A stretch of 64,000 bases of DNA from Sphingomonadales bacterium (GCA_038230675.1 JBBRMV010000003.1:33744-97743); one strand, 5' to 3'. Counted from the stretch's first letter, positions 9,075 through 17,389 are shown. Translations and numbers: made by a program. Notes: generated by a model not told the origin, from the letters alone.

Positions 9075-9091
9075 ATATGTCCGGACAAATT
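9075..9091. promoter_or_regulatory. Palindromic operator copy 3 (ATATGTCCGGACAAATT) next to the candidate -35 of the DUF1838 gene
   Basis: TGTCCGGACA perfect palindrome 9078-9087; minus-strand TTGCAT (9074-9069)-N16-TAGCTT (9052-9047) immediately downstream. Confidence 0.7.
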
Positions 9092-10103
9092 ATCCCTGTC
9101 GACCTACGATGGTCGATGGCTCAGGCAACAGCGCCAGCAACGCAAAGGTCGCGAGCCAATGCTCGCCCATGTAATCACCTGCAACATGATCGATCGATGC
9201 CGCGATATGACGTTCGGCAGAGGCAAGCGCGACCGCGGCATCGCGTGGATCGAGCATGTCGGCGATCGCGCGAAGGCACCAGGCACGGCTGAGATTGCAG
9301 CCATCGAGATGCGCGATCTTGCCGTCCGATCGGTCCGACACGGTGGCGGGGGTGAACAGGCTTTCGGGTTGCCCGGCGCCAAACCGCGGCAGGAAGCGCG
9401 CAAACCAGCCGCGGAATTCCGCGGGCGGCAGAATGTGCGCCATGCACTGTGCTTCGGTAAGCGCCGAGGACAGAAACTCATCGCCGCCCGGCTCCCAGGC
9501 CTGGCAATCACGGTCGTTCGAGTAATAATCGCGCGCGCGCGCATCGATCAGTACGACCAGCGCCGGATCATGCGCCGTCGCCCATTGCCGCGCGAGGATC
9601 ATCGCAAAGGCAGTATTCGCATGCGCGCCGACCCGGATCGGATAGGTCAGTTTCGGGAGATGCAGCTTGAAGCGCTCGGCAAAGGCGCGCGCCAGCGGTT
9701 CGAGTGTTGCCGCCCAATCGGGCCGGTCGGAAAGCGCCGCCTCACCGTGCAGCGCCAGCATCCAGGCCCAGCCATAAGGCCGTTCAAACCCGCCCGAACT
9801 CGGCCGATCGAGATAGGCGCGCTCCGCCTCGACATTCGCCGGCGTCACCATCTCGGCAATCAACGCCTCGATCCGGGCGGTGACCGGCATGGCCGGAAAG
9901 GCACGGCGCGCGCGCAACAGCAGCCAGTACCCATGAACACAGCTATGCCAGTCATAACTGCCGAAAAAGATCGGATGGAGCGCGCGCGGACCTTGAACGT
10001 CGCCCGGCCCGGTCATCGCATGATCGAGCTTATGCGGATATTCGCGCGCCACGTGCCCCAGCGCGATTTCGGCGAAACGGCAAGCGATGGCGGCGTCGAT
10101 CAT
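9090..10103 (-). CDS. DUF2891 domain protein
   Basis: REYPHKLDH, HPIFFGSYDWHSCVHGYW, FERPYGWAW, HLDGCNLSRAW, YMGEHWLATFA motifs. Confidence 0.85.
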   Translation of the reverse strand: MIDAAIACRFAEIALGHVAREYPHKLDHAMTGPGDVQGPRALHPIFFGSYDWHSCVHGYWLLLRARRAFPAMPVTARIEALIAEMVTPANVEAERAYLDRPSSGGFERPYGWAWMLALHGEAALSDRPDWAATLEPLARAFAERFKLHLPKLTYPIRVGAHANTAFAMILARQWATAHDPALVVLIDARARDYYSNDRDCQAWEPGGDEFLSSALTEAQCMAHILPPAEFRGWFARFLPRFGAGQPESLFTPATVSDRSDGKIAHLDGCNLSRAWCLRAIADMLDPRDAAVALASAERHIAASIDHVAGDYMGEHWLATFALLALLPEPSTIVGRQG

Positions 10104-11041
10104 CGGCGGAACCCCAGGAAATAGATGAGCAGCAGGTTGACCACGAGCATGGGCAGGGCGGTGCCGATCTGCGCCTTGACGACGGCGTTTTGATCATCGA
10201 GTTCGAGCAGGGCCGCCGGCACGATGTTGAAATTGGCGGCCATCGGCGTCATCAGCGTGCCGCAAAAGCCCGCCAGCATGCCGATCGCACAGATGACCGC
10301 GGGATTGCCTTGGAAGCCGACGACCAGGATCGGCAACCCAATGGCGGCCATCATGATCGGAAAGGCGGCAAAGGCATTGCCCATCAGCATCGTGAACACC
10401 GCCATGCCGATCGCATAGACCGCCACCGCCACGAACAGATTGCCCGGCGGGATCGCCATGCCCGCAAGTCCGCCGACGACCTGCCCCACGCCCGCCAGGG
10501 CGAACAGCGCCCCCAACGACGCAAGCATCTGCGGCAGGACGGCCGCCCAGCCGACCGAATCCATCAGCCGTCGCCCTTCCTCAAGCGGCGCGAGCACCGG
10601 CGGCCTGAACCACGCATAGCATGCCGCCAGCGCGATCAGCACGCCCGCACCGAGCGACACAAGCGTCACCTGTTTGGGATCGACCCAGCCGCTGTCCTTC
10701 AAAAACACCGTGCCGAGCAGCGCGCAGACGGGCACGATCAAGGCGGGCAGGAACAGCCGGTTGCCCCTTATGGCCGCGCTTCGGGTGCGCTCCTCGACGC
10801 TCGTCGTTGGCGGATTGCCCCGTCCAAACAGACGAAACCCGGCGAGCCCGACAAGCCCGATCGCAAGGATGCCATTGCCCAGATCGCCCAGCCAATCGCC
10901 GAACAGAAAGCTGGTCGCAACCAGCCCCCAAAATGCGGCATTGCCCAAACGCTTCGGGTTCGCTTCGTCGCGCAGGCTCAACACCGCAAACGCGGCAAAG
11001 ATGATGCCGGCAAGGGCATAAAGCGCAGGCAGGCCGATCAT
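10100..11041 (-). CDS. DUF979 membrane protein (putative 5-oxoproline transporter subunit)
   Basis: Polytopic; LPQMLASLG, MGNAFAAFP, GFCGTLMTPMAANFNIVPAALLEL motifs; coupled to DUF969. Confidence 0.85.
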   Translation of the reverse strand: MIGLPALYALAGIIFAAFAVLSLRDEANPKRLGNAAFWGLVATSFLFGDWLGDLGNGILAIGLVGLAGFRLFGRGNPPTTSVEERTRSAAIRGNRLFLPALIVPVCALLGTVFLKDSGWVDPKQVTLVSLGAGVLIALAACYAWFRPPVLAPLEEGRRLMDSVGWAAVLPQMLASLGALFALAGVGQVVGGLAGMAIPPGNLFVAVAVYAIGMAVFTMLMGNAFAAFPIMMAAIGLPILVVGFQGNPAVICAIGMLAGFCGTLMTPMAANFNIVPAALLELDDQNAVVKAQIGTALPMLVVNLLLIYFLGFRR

Positions 11042-11715
11042 GCGCGGTGCCTCCCCTTGGCGAGCGAACGATCGAGCAGCAACAGGCGAACGCTGTGGAC
11101 CGCGAACGCCGCAAGCGCGCTCGGGATTGCCCAGACCGACAACTCGAACGGCGTGAGATCGATGCCGTTCTGTTTCAAAAAGCCGATGATGAGCAGGATC
11201 GATCCGATCGCGACGAACAGATCCTCGCCGAAAAACAGCCCAATATTGTCGCTAGCGGCCGCAAATGCCTTAACCTTTTGCCGGGTCGCGTGATCGATAT
11301 CGCCGTGATCGCGCTCGGCGGCTGCTTCCGCCATCGGCGCGACGAGCGGGCGGACGGTTTGGGCAGGGCCCGCAATCGAGATCAGCCCGAGCGCTGCGGT
11401 GATCTGCCGAAAGCCCATATAGACGATCAGAAATCGCCCCACCGTCGCCCCCTTGATCCCGCTGATCAACGTCCGCGCGCGTTGTTGCAGGCCGTATCGC
11501 TCGAGCAGCCCGACCACCGGCAGCAGGATATAAATGATTGTGACGAAGCGGCTGTCGTTGAAAGACTTGCCGAAAGCGGAGATGATCGCGAGCGGAGCCA
11601 TGCCGGCAGCGATCCCGGTCGTCGCCGCAGCTGCAGCCACCACGATCAACGGATTGAGCCGCAGCGCGAACCCGATGATGACGACGCCGATCCCCGCGAG
11701 CAGCCAATAATTCAC
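11038..11715 (-). CDS. DUF969 membrane protein (putative 5-oxoproline transporter subunit)
   Basis: GFALRLNPL, LPVVGLLERYGL, VRPLVAPMAEAAA, DNIGLFFGED motifs; GTG start at 11715 preferred. Confidence 0.85.
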   Translation of the reverse strand: MNYWLLAGIGVVIIGFALRLNPLIVVAAAAATTGIAAGMAPLAIISAFGKSFNDSRFVTIIYILLPVVGLLERYGLQQRARTLISGIKGATVGRFLIVYMGFRQITAALGLISIAGPAQTVRPLVAPMAEAAAERDHGDIDHATRQKVKAFAAASDNIGLFFGEDLFVAIGSILLIIGFLKQNGIDLTPFELSVWAIPSALAAFAVHSVRLLLLDRSLAKGRHRA

Positions 11716-11835
11716 GAACGCATCGGCCCCGTCCCCCGAAATAAGGTGGCCGCGCGACAAGCTCGGTCGCGGCGCACCGTCTCCACCCTAGCCGCAGGAC
11801 TATCAAATGCCAGCGCGGAACATGTCGCGTGGCGA

Positions 11836-13221
11836 TCAATCGGCGCGGCGGTCCCCCGCTGGTTCGGCCGTCACCGATCGCCGCGTCGTCCGGTACAGGG
11901 CAATGCTGGCCTCAAGCTGTTCCTGCACGTTGACGATGCGCGCATCCTGCGCAGCAATCGAAAGGTCCTGCGCATCGATCACCGCCCAGAAATCGCCGCC
12001 GCTCGTCAGATAATGCCGCTCGGCGAGCGCCGCCGTCGCCCTGGCCCGCCGCTCGATGTCCGCGATCGTGACCGCGCGGCTGCGGGCATGCTCCACCGCC
12101 GACAGCGCATTTTCCACATCGGCAAGGGCCGCGAGCAAGGTTTGGCGATAATTTGCGACTGCCTCGCGCTGTCCGGCGGCGGCAAATTCCAGATTGCCGC
12201 GCAACCGGCTGCGGCCAAAAATCGGCGCCAGCAAAGCACCGCCCACGCTCATGCCCGCAAACGGCCCGGCGGTGAGGAAATTCTCCGCCGATCGACTGAC
12301 CGACAGATCGAGCCTTGGAAAAAAGGCAGCGCGCGCCTGTGCCACATCGCCGCCCGCTGCAAGAATCCGGTGTTCGGCAGCAGCGATATCGGCGCGCTCG
12401 ACCAGCAGTTGCGAAGGGCGGGGTATCGCGGTTGGCCGATAATCGAACCCTGCCAGATCGGCTGGCGCGGTCGCGAACCGGGGCGCCTCCTCCCCCAGCA
12501 ACAGCGCCAGCGCGGTCCGGGTCTGATCGAGCGACTGGTCAAGCCGGCTGCGTTCGGCGATCAACCGCTGGACACGGATCGCCTGCAGTCCGAGCGCGAT
12601 CGGTGTCGGGGCGCGACGGCGTTGCCGTGCAGCTATCCGGTGTTGAAGCTGCGTCGTTTCGGCGATCTGGCGATCGATCAGCGCCAGTCGCGCCTGGAAT
12701 GCGGCACGCAAGACATAAACCGTGGCGATCGTAGCGCCGATGTCGAGCGCAAGTGCCTGCGTATCGAGATCGGCGGCGCGCACGCGTTCGCGTGCGGCGC
12801 GGCGCCCGGCGGCGATCCCGCCCGAAAGGTCGATCGATATGCTGGCATCGAGCGCGGCAAAGCTGCTCGTAAAATCATAGGGGCTCCTGCCGCCGACGCG
12901 CGACGCGCTGCCGCCTGCCGATGCGGAAACCAGCGGCAGGCCGGTCGCGCGGGCGATGCGGACTTGCGACAACGTCTGATCGACACGCGCCCTCGCCGCG
13001 AGCAACGCCGGGCTCGCGATCATGGCCCGATCGATCAGCGCCGCCAATGGTGCTGACCCGAGCATATCGGCAAGCGACCGGTTGATCGGCGGGCTGCCCG
13101 GGTGCGGATGGCGCGTCCATTCATCCGACAGGATCGCCGTTGGCACGGCGATTTGCGGCGTCGGCGCACAACCGGCGAGCAGGACCGCGCAGCCGGCGGA
13201 AAATCGACAAAGCGGATGCAT
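11836..13221 (-). CDS. Outer membrane efflux factor (TolC/NodT-like lipoprotein)
   Basis: Lipobox LAGC; SPALLAARARV, PSQLLVERADIAAAE, ARAAFFPRLDL, YRQTLLAALADVENAL repeats. Confidence 0.85.
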   Translation of the reverse strand: MHPLCRFSAGCAVLLAGCAPTPQIAVPTAILSDEWTRHPHPGSPPINRSLADMLGSAPLAALIDRAMIASPALLAARARVDQTLSQVRIARATGLPLVSASAGGSASRVGGRSPYDFTSSFAALDASISIDLSGGIAAGRRAARERVRAADLDTQALALDIGATIATVYVLRAAFQARLALIDRQIAETTQLQHRIAARQRRRAPTPIALGLQAIRVQRLIAERSRLDQSLDQTRTALALLLGEEAPRFATAPADLAGFDYRPTAIPRPSQLLVERADIAAAEHRILAAGGDVAQARAAFFPRLDLSVSRSAENFLTAGPFAGMSVGGALLAPIFGRSRLRGNLEFAAAGQREAVANYRQTLLAALADVENALSAVEHARSRAVTIADIERRARATAALAERHYLTSGGDFWAVIDAQDLSIAAQDARIVNVQEQLEASIALYRTTRRSVTAEPAGDRRAD

Positions 13222-13362
13222 GGCACTGCCAGGATAATGGCAGCAGCCTGAAAAGCACGCGCACGTTACGCGGGCGTATCGGGACGACGTGCCATCGGGG
13301 GACCGTGCGACTCAGGCGATTTGCGCTGGAATCGAACAGCGGGCGCCGCTACAGACTGCATC

Positions 13363-13432
13363 AACCGCGTAACTGGCGATCGGGTGGAGCACCACCGGGG
13401 AGCGCGGGGCCAAAAGCCGCATCGCCTGGGCA
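13363..13432 (+). ncRNA. ZMP/ZTP (pfl) riboswitch
   Basis: P1 CCGCG(13365-69)/CGCGG(13403-07); conserved J1/2 UAACUGGCG; P2 GGUGG/CCACC; GGGGAGC; P3 GCC...GGC with loop GCAUCGCCUG; pseudoknot GGCG(13375-78)/CGCC(13423-26); ends CGCCUGGGCA as in the pfl consensus; 25 nt upstream of the ATG. Confidence 0.9.
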
Positions 13433-13457
13433 TTTTTTCGAACCGTTGGAGGTCGAT

Positions 13458-14162
13458 ATGCCTGAACTGAGTCCGATCCGCGTCGCGTTCCTGTTGTTTC
13501 CCGATGTCACCCAGCTCGATCTTACCGGCCCTGCGCAGGTGCTGTCGCGACTCGGCAACACGACGATCGATCTTGTCGCCCGTACGCTCGATCCCGTTGC
13601 GACCGATGCGGGATTTCCACTCCACCCCACCGCAAGTTTCGCCACTGCAATCCAGCCCGATATCCTTTGCGTGCCCGGCGGCTTCGGCGTGACGGCGGCG
13701 ATGGAGGATGAGGCGACGCTCGACTGGCTCCGCCAGACTGCCACGGGCGCGCAGTGGGTGACGAGCGTGTGTACCGGATCGATCCTGCTTGCCGCCGCGG
13801 GCCTGCTCACGGGTTACCGCGCGACGAGCCACTGGGCGCAGCATGGTCATCTCGCCGCCTTTGGCGCCATCCCCGAACACGCCCGCTATGTGTTCGATCG
13901 CAACCGCGTGACCGGCAGCGGGGTGACGGCGGGCATCGATTTCGCGCTCGCGCTGACCGCGCGCATCCGTGGCGATGCCCATGCGAGGATGGTTCAGTTG
14001 AGCCTCGAATACGATCCCGCGCCCCCGTTCGACAGTGGCTCTCCCGAAACCGCCGGGGCCGATGCGGTGGCAATGTATCGCAAGCGCGCCGCCCAGCTCG
14101 CGCCTGATCGTGACGCGCGGACGCTGGCGGCGGCGGCGCGGCTGAAGCGCGGCCCGGCCTAA
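13458..14162 (+). CDS. DJ-1/PfpI family protein, isocyanide (isonitrile) hydratase InhA-like
   Basis: GGAGG RBS at 13448-52; QLDLTGP (Asp), LCVPGG, SVCTGS (catalytic Cys), ATSHW, GVTAGIDF, QLSLEYDPAPPFDSGSP C-terminal tail typical of InhA. Confidence 0.88.
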   Translation: MPELSPIRVAFLLFPDVTQLDLTGPAQVLSRLGNTTIDLVARTLDPVATDAGFPLHPTASFATAIQPDILCVPGGFGVTAAMEDEATLDWLRQTATGAQWVTSVCTGSILLAAAGLLTGYRATSHWAQHGHLAAFGAIPEHARYVFDRNRVTGSGVTAGIDFALALTARIRGDAHARMVQLSLEYDPAPPFDSGSPETAGADAVAMYRKRAAQLAPDRDARTLAAAARLKRGPA

Positions 14163-14791
14163 TTGCGCGGCTTCATGCCCTTCACGCGGTGCCAGATATA
14201 GTAAGCCGCGCCGCCCACCAGCAGGATGGCGATCAGCGCGTCGGCGCTGTGAAATGCCGCTTTCAGCCAGGGGCTGCTGTTCCATTGCTCGCCCAGCTTC
14301 ATCCCCACCCATGCCAGCCCGAAGCACCACGGCCACGATCCCACAAACGTGTAGAGATGGAACGGCAGCACCGGCATCCGCGCGACGCCTGCGGGAAAGG
14401 CGATGAACGACCTGATGACGGGCAGCAGCCGCCCGATCAGCACCGCCGAATTGCCGAAACGCGCAAAGAAGCGATCGGCGGTGTCGAGCTCGCCCGGCCC
14501 GATCAGCAAATATCGGCCCCAGCGCTCGATTGCCGGGCGACCGCCGCGTTTGCCCAGTTCATAGGCCGGGATCGACCCGATATTACAGCCGATCGCGCCG
14601 GCGGTTGCTGCCAGATACAGGTTGAAGTGCCCCGTCGAGACAAGATAGCCCGCAAACGGCATGATGATTTCGGATGGGAGCGGAATACACGCCGATTCGA
14701 TCGCCATCAGCAGCGCAATGCCGAGATAGCCCCCCGAAGAGATCACCCAGATCGTAAAGCCGGCGAGGATGGTGAGGATTTGCTCGATCAT
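14159..14791 (-). CDS. dedA: DedA family membrane protein
   Basis: MAIESACIPLPSEIIMPFAG, GRLLPVIRSFIAFPAGVARM motifs. Confidence 0.92.
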   Translation of the reverse strand: MIEQILTILAGFTIWVISSGGYLGIALLMAIESACIPLPSEIIMPFAGYLVSTGHFNLYLAATAGAIGCNIGSIPAYELGKRGGRPAIERWGRYLLIGPGELDTADRFFARFGNSAVLIGRLLPVIRSFIAFPAGVARMPVLPFHLYTFVGSWPWCFGLAWVGMKLGEQWNSSPWLKAAFHSADALIAILLVGGAAYYIWHRVKGMKPRN

Positions 14792-14891
14792 GTCGCCGCG
14801 ATTGCGCGAAGCCGACGCCGATTGGAAGCGCTTTGTGCGCGTCTCTCAAGCCTGATGGCACCAACCTGACCCGATGCATCCCGTGCAAAGC

Positions 14892-16328
14892 CTATATCGA
14901 GCGGCGATGGGCCACGATCAGCGCCCAGCCGAGCCCGCATGCCAGCACGAGATAGGCCGCAACACCCGCCCAGGGCGACCAGCCCCAGAACTGGCTCGGC
15001 AAATCGCGAAATTGGCCCGCCGCCACATCGTCGAGCAAGATCGGGCGCCATAACGGCCAGGCCTGCGTGTCGGGCGCGAAAATCTCGGCAGCGGCGACCG
15101 CGAGATTGATCAGCATCGACAGCCCGAGCAATGCCAACAGGGCAATTCGCGCGCGCGCATTTTTGATGGCGCTCCAGATCGGTGCCAGTCCCAGCGCAAG
15201 AAACGGCAGAGCGGGCACCGAATGGCGCGGGCCTGTTGAATAACCGCCATCCCAATAAACATAGGCGGCGTTCACCAGCAACACGATCGCCACGACCGCG
15301 ATCGCCACGATCGCCGGCTGACGCGTCCGCGCCTCACGGGCCATGCCGTATAGCCCGAAGGGCGCCAGCAGCAGGATCGGCGCAACCCAGAACAGCCCCT
15401 TGCGCGGCCCGAACAGGATTTCGATCAGCACGGGCAATTTGGGATAAGTGAGCCCGAACAGCCCCTGATGCATCCCGTCAAAGCCGACCACGCCTTCATA
15501 GCCAAACTTCAACGGCACCCCGAATGCCGACAGGTTATACCCGATCATCGGCAGCCCGGCGTTGATCCCCCCGGCCACCGCGATGGCCAAAAGTCGCCAG
15601 CGCGCCGGGCTGCGCCAGATGCGGACCAGCGCCCATATCGCGATCGCACTCCCCGCAAGTACCGCCTGATATTCGATCACCACTGCCCAGCCGAGCGCGC
15701 CCCCCGCCAACAGCGCGAGCCAAGGGCGTGGGAGCGCATCACGCGTGCCCCGCCACACCGCCCAGAATGCCAGCATCAGCAACGCCCCCACCGCTGCGTG
15801 GCCGAAAATCGTCGTCGACCAGCCCCAGGCCGGGCTCCCCAGGCCATAGGCAATGGCCGCGAACAGCGCGGCCGAACGGCTCGCGGTGATGGCGCTCGCC
15901 ACGTGCCATAGCGCGACAGCGGCAAGGGCGGTGAGCAGGCCCGACGACAGGATCGCCGCCAGCCGCAAGCGCAGCCGCAAAAACGCCGCAAGCCGGGGAT
16001 TGTCGATCCGCTTGTCGAGATAGCCCGATCGCTCACCCGTAGCCAGCATCAGCGCGGCCACGACGGGGGTCGCCATCAGCGTCATTCCAGGCGCCTTGTC
16101 GAGATACAGGTGGGAGCCGAAATGCGCCTTGTCGATCGTCAGATGACCGAACTCGTCGATCGTCGCGTCGCCCTGCTCGACGAGCGAAATCGCAGCGAAC
16201 ATTCGCGTCGAATTATTGGGATTAAACTCCCAGGAGCCGAACCAGGCGGTCGACAACCAAACCAGCGCGAACAGGAGCAGCGGCACCGCCCTGCCGTGCT
16301 GCAGCAACCGCGCCAACCGCTCAGCCAA
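14892..16328 (-). CDS. Polytopic membrane protein, probable GT-C fold glycosyltransferase
   Basis: TM1 followed by an acidic periplasmic loop (NPNNSTR...DATIDE...YLDKAPG), 11-13 TM segments, late WDGGYSTGPRH motif. Confidence 0.6.
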   Translation of the reverse strand: MAERLARLLQHGRAVPLLLFALVWLSTAWFGSWEFNPNNSTRMFAAISLVEQGDATIDEFGHLTIDKAHFGSHLYLDKAPGMTLMATPVVAALMLATGERSGYLDKRIDNPRLAAFLRLRLRLAAILSSGLLTALAAVALWHVASAITASRSAALFAAIAYGLGSPAWGWSTTIFGHAAVGALLMLAFWAVWRGTRDALPRPWLALLAGGALGWAVVIEYQAVLAGSAIAIWALVRIWRSPARWRLLAIAVAGGINAGLPMIGYNLSAFGVPLKFGYEGVVGFDGMHQGLFGLTYPKLPVLIEILFGPRKGLFWVAPILLLAPFGLYGMAREARTRQPAIVAIAVVAIVLLVNAAYVYWDGGYSTGPRHSVPALPFLALGLAPIWSAIKNARARIALLALLGLSMLINLAVAAAEIFAPDTQAWPLWRPILLDDVAAGQFRDLPSQFWGWSPWAGVAAYLVLACGLGWALIVAHRRSI

Positions 16329-16833
16329 ACAGAAACTGGCCGAGCATCCGGTTGAACGGGAAAGTGAAGAAGCCCGCGATCAGCAGTGCCCCTGTCACCA
16401 TGCCGCGTACCGCCCGGCGGTGGGCGACTACGCGGTGAGTATGCGCCAGCCACCAGATCAGGGGCACCTGGATCAGGACCCAGACCGACAGGATGTGGAT
16501 GAAACTGAAACCGCCATGATTGGCGTTGCGGATTCCGAACGAGATCAGCGCGCTCGCGATCATCGCTGCGATCCAGATCGTGCCCAGCATCCTGTGCCGC
16601 CGGTCGCCGCGCCGGCGCAGCAACATCACGGGGGTCAGCGCGAGCGCGATCATGATCGACCCCAGGTGCAGCCACACCAGCGACGGCACCTGGTCCCAGT
16701 AACGATAACCGCGCGCCAATGCGGCGACAACGAGGCCCATCAAAATGATCGCAGCGATCGCCAGCACGCGCTCGAACGCGTCAGCTGATAGAGGCCGTGC
16801 GGGCTTTGTTGGCGGTGCTGCCGTCGTCGCCAT
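16321..16833 (-). CDS. DUF2306 membrane protein
   Basis: WLHL, RRGDRRHRMLG..W, FSFIHILS, HRRAVRGM...LIAGFFTF..RMLG motifs. Confidence 0.8.
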   Translation of the reverse strand: MATTAAPPTKPARPLSADAFERVLAIAAIILMGLVVAALARGYRYWDQVPSLVWLHLGSIMIALALTPVMLLRRRGDRRHRMLGTIWIAAMIASALISFGIRNANHGGFSFIHILSVWVLIQVPLIWWLAHTHRVVAHRRAVRGMVTGALLIAGFFTFPFNRMLGQFLFG

Positions 16834-16868
16834 GATGATCCCCCCGGATTATCGCCCCAGAACGGCGA

Positions 16869-17276
16869 TCAGCGCTGCGGCTGATCTGCCCGGGCGGCGG
16901 CCCGCTTCGCCTTGCGTTCGCGCAACGATTGCTGGAACAGCTGGGTCTGGCATCCCGATGCGCCGCCGATGCCGGCATTGCTGCAGCTGCCATTGCCGGT
17001 TTGGCCAACGTCCTGAACCGATTGCTGGCGCACTGCCCAGCTTTCATATTCGGGTTTGATCGTTCCCTGGCGAAGCTCCTTGGGAATACGGAACTGCTCG
17101 GCGGCCGGCCGTCGCTGGCAAACGACGATCTCGTTGCCGTCCGAATCGGTCGGGCATCTGTCCTTGTCGCCGTAAAGAATGATGACGCCGCCGACGGGCG
17201 CATCCTGCGCGAGTATGGGGGTGCCCACGCCGAGGAGGGTAGCGGCGAGTGCCGCCCGGATTGCCTGCTTTACCAT
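16869..17276 (-). CDS. Secreted hypothetical protein with Cys pairs
   Basis: Signal peptide; LYGDKDRCP, EIVVCQR, FRIPKELR, GSCS...GASGC; GGGAG RBS. Confidence 0.7.
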   Translation of the reverse strand: MVKQAIRAALAATLLGVGTPILAQDAPVGGVIILYGDKDRCPTDSDGNEIVVCQRRPAAEQFRIPKELRQGTIKPEYESWAVRQQSVQDVGQTGNGSCSNAGIGGASGCQTQLFQQSLRERKAKRAAARADQPQR

Positions 17277-17389
17277 TACATCGTCTCCCTACAGCGATAT
17301 CGGAGCGGGTGGAACCACCTGCCGATTCGTGAACCGCGACAAACCTACCCCGGAACCATCCTTGATACGCGCCAAGGCATCAATCGGTT

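Noticed and set aside
11047-13056. 669-aa plus-strand ORF
   Set aside because: Antisense shadow of DUF969 and the OMF gene; no recognisable motifs; typical of high-GC codon bias.
13140-13457. 106-aa N-terminal extension of the DJ-1 ORF in the track
   Set aside because: Runs through the riboswitch; the GGAGG RBS and family homology begin at ATG 13458.
17305-17378. Two short hairpins between coq7 and the 16869-17276 gene
   Set aside because: Short GC-rich stems without a U-tract or recognisable RNA motif; expected by chance.
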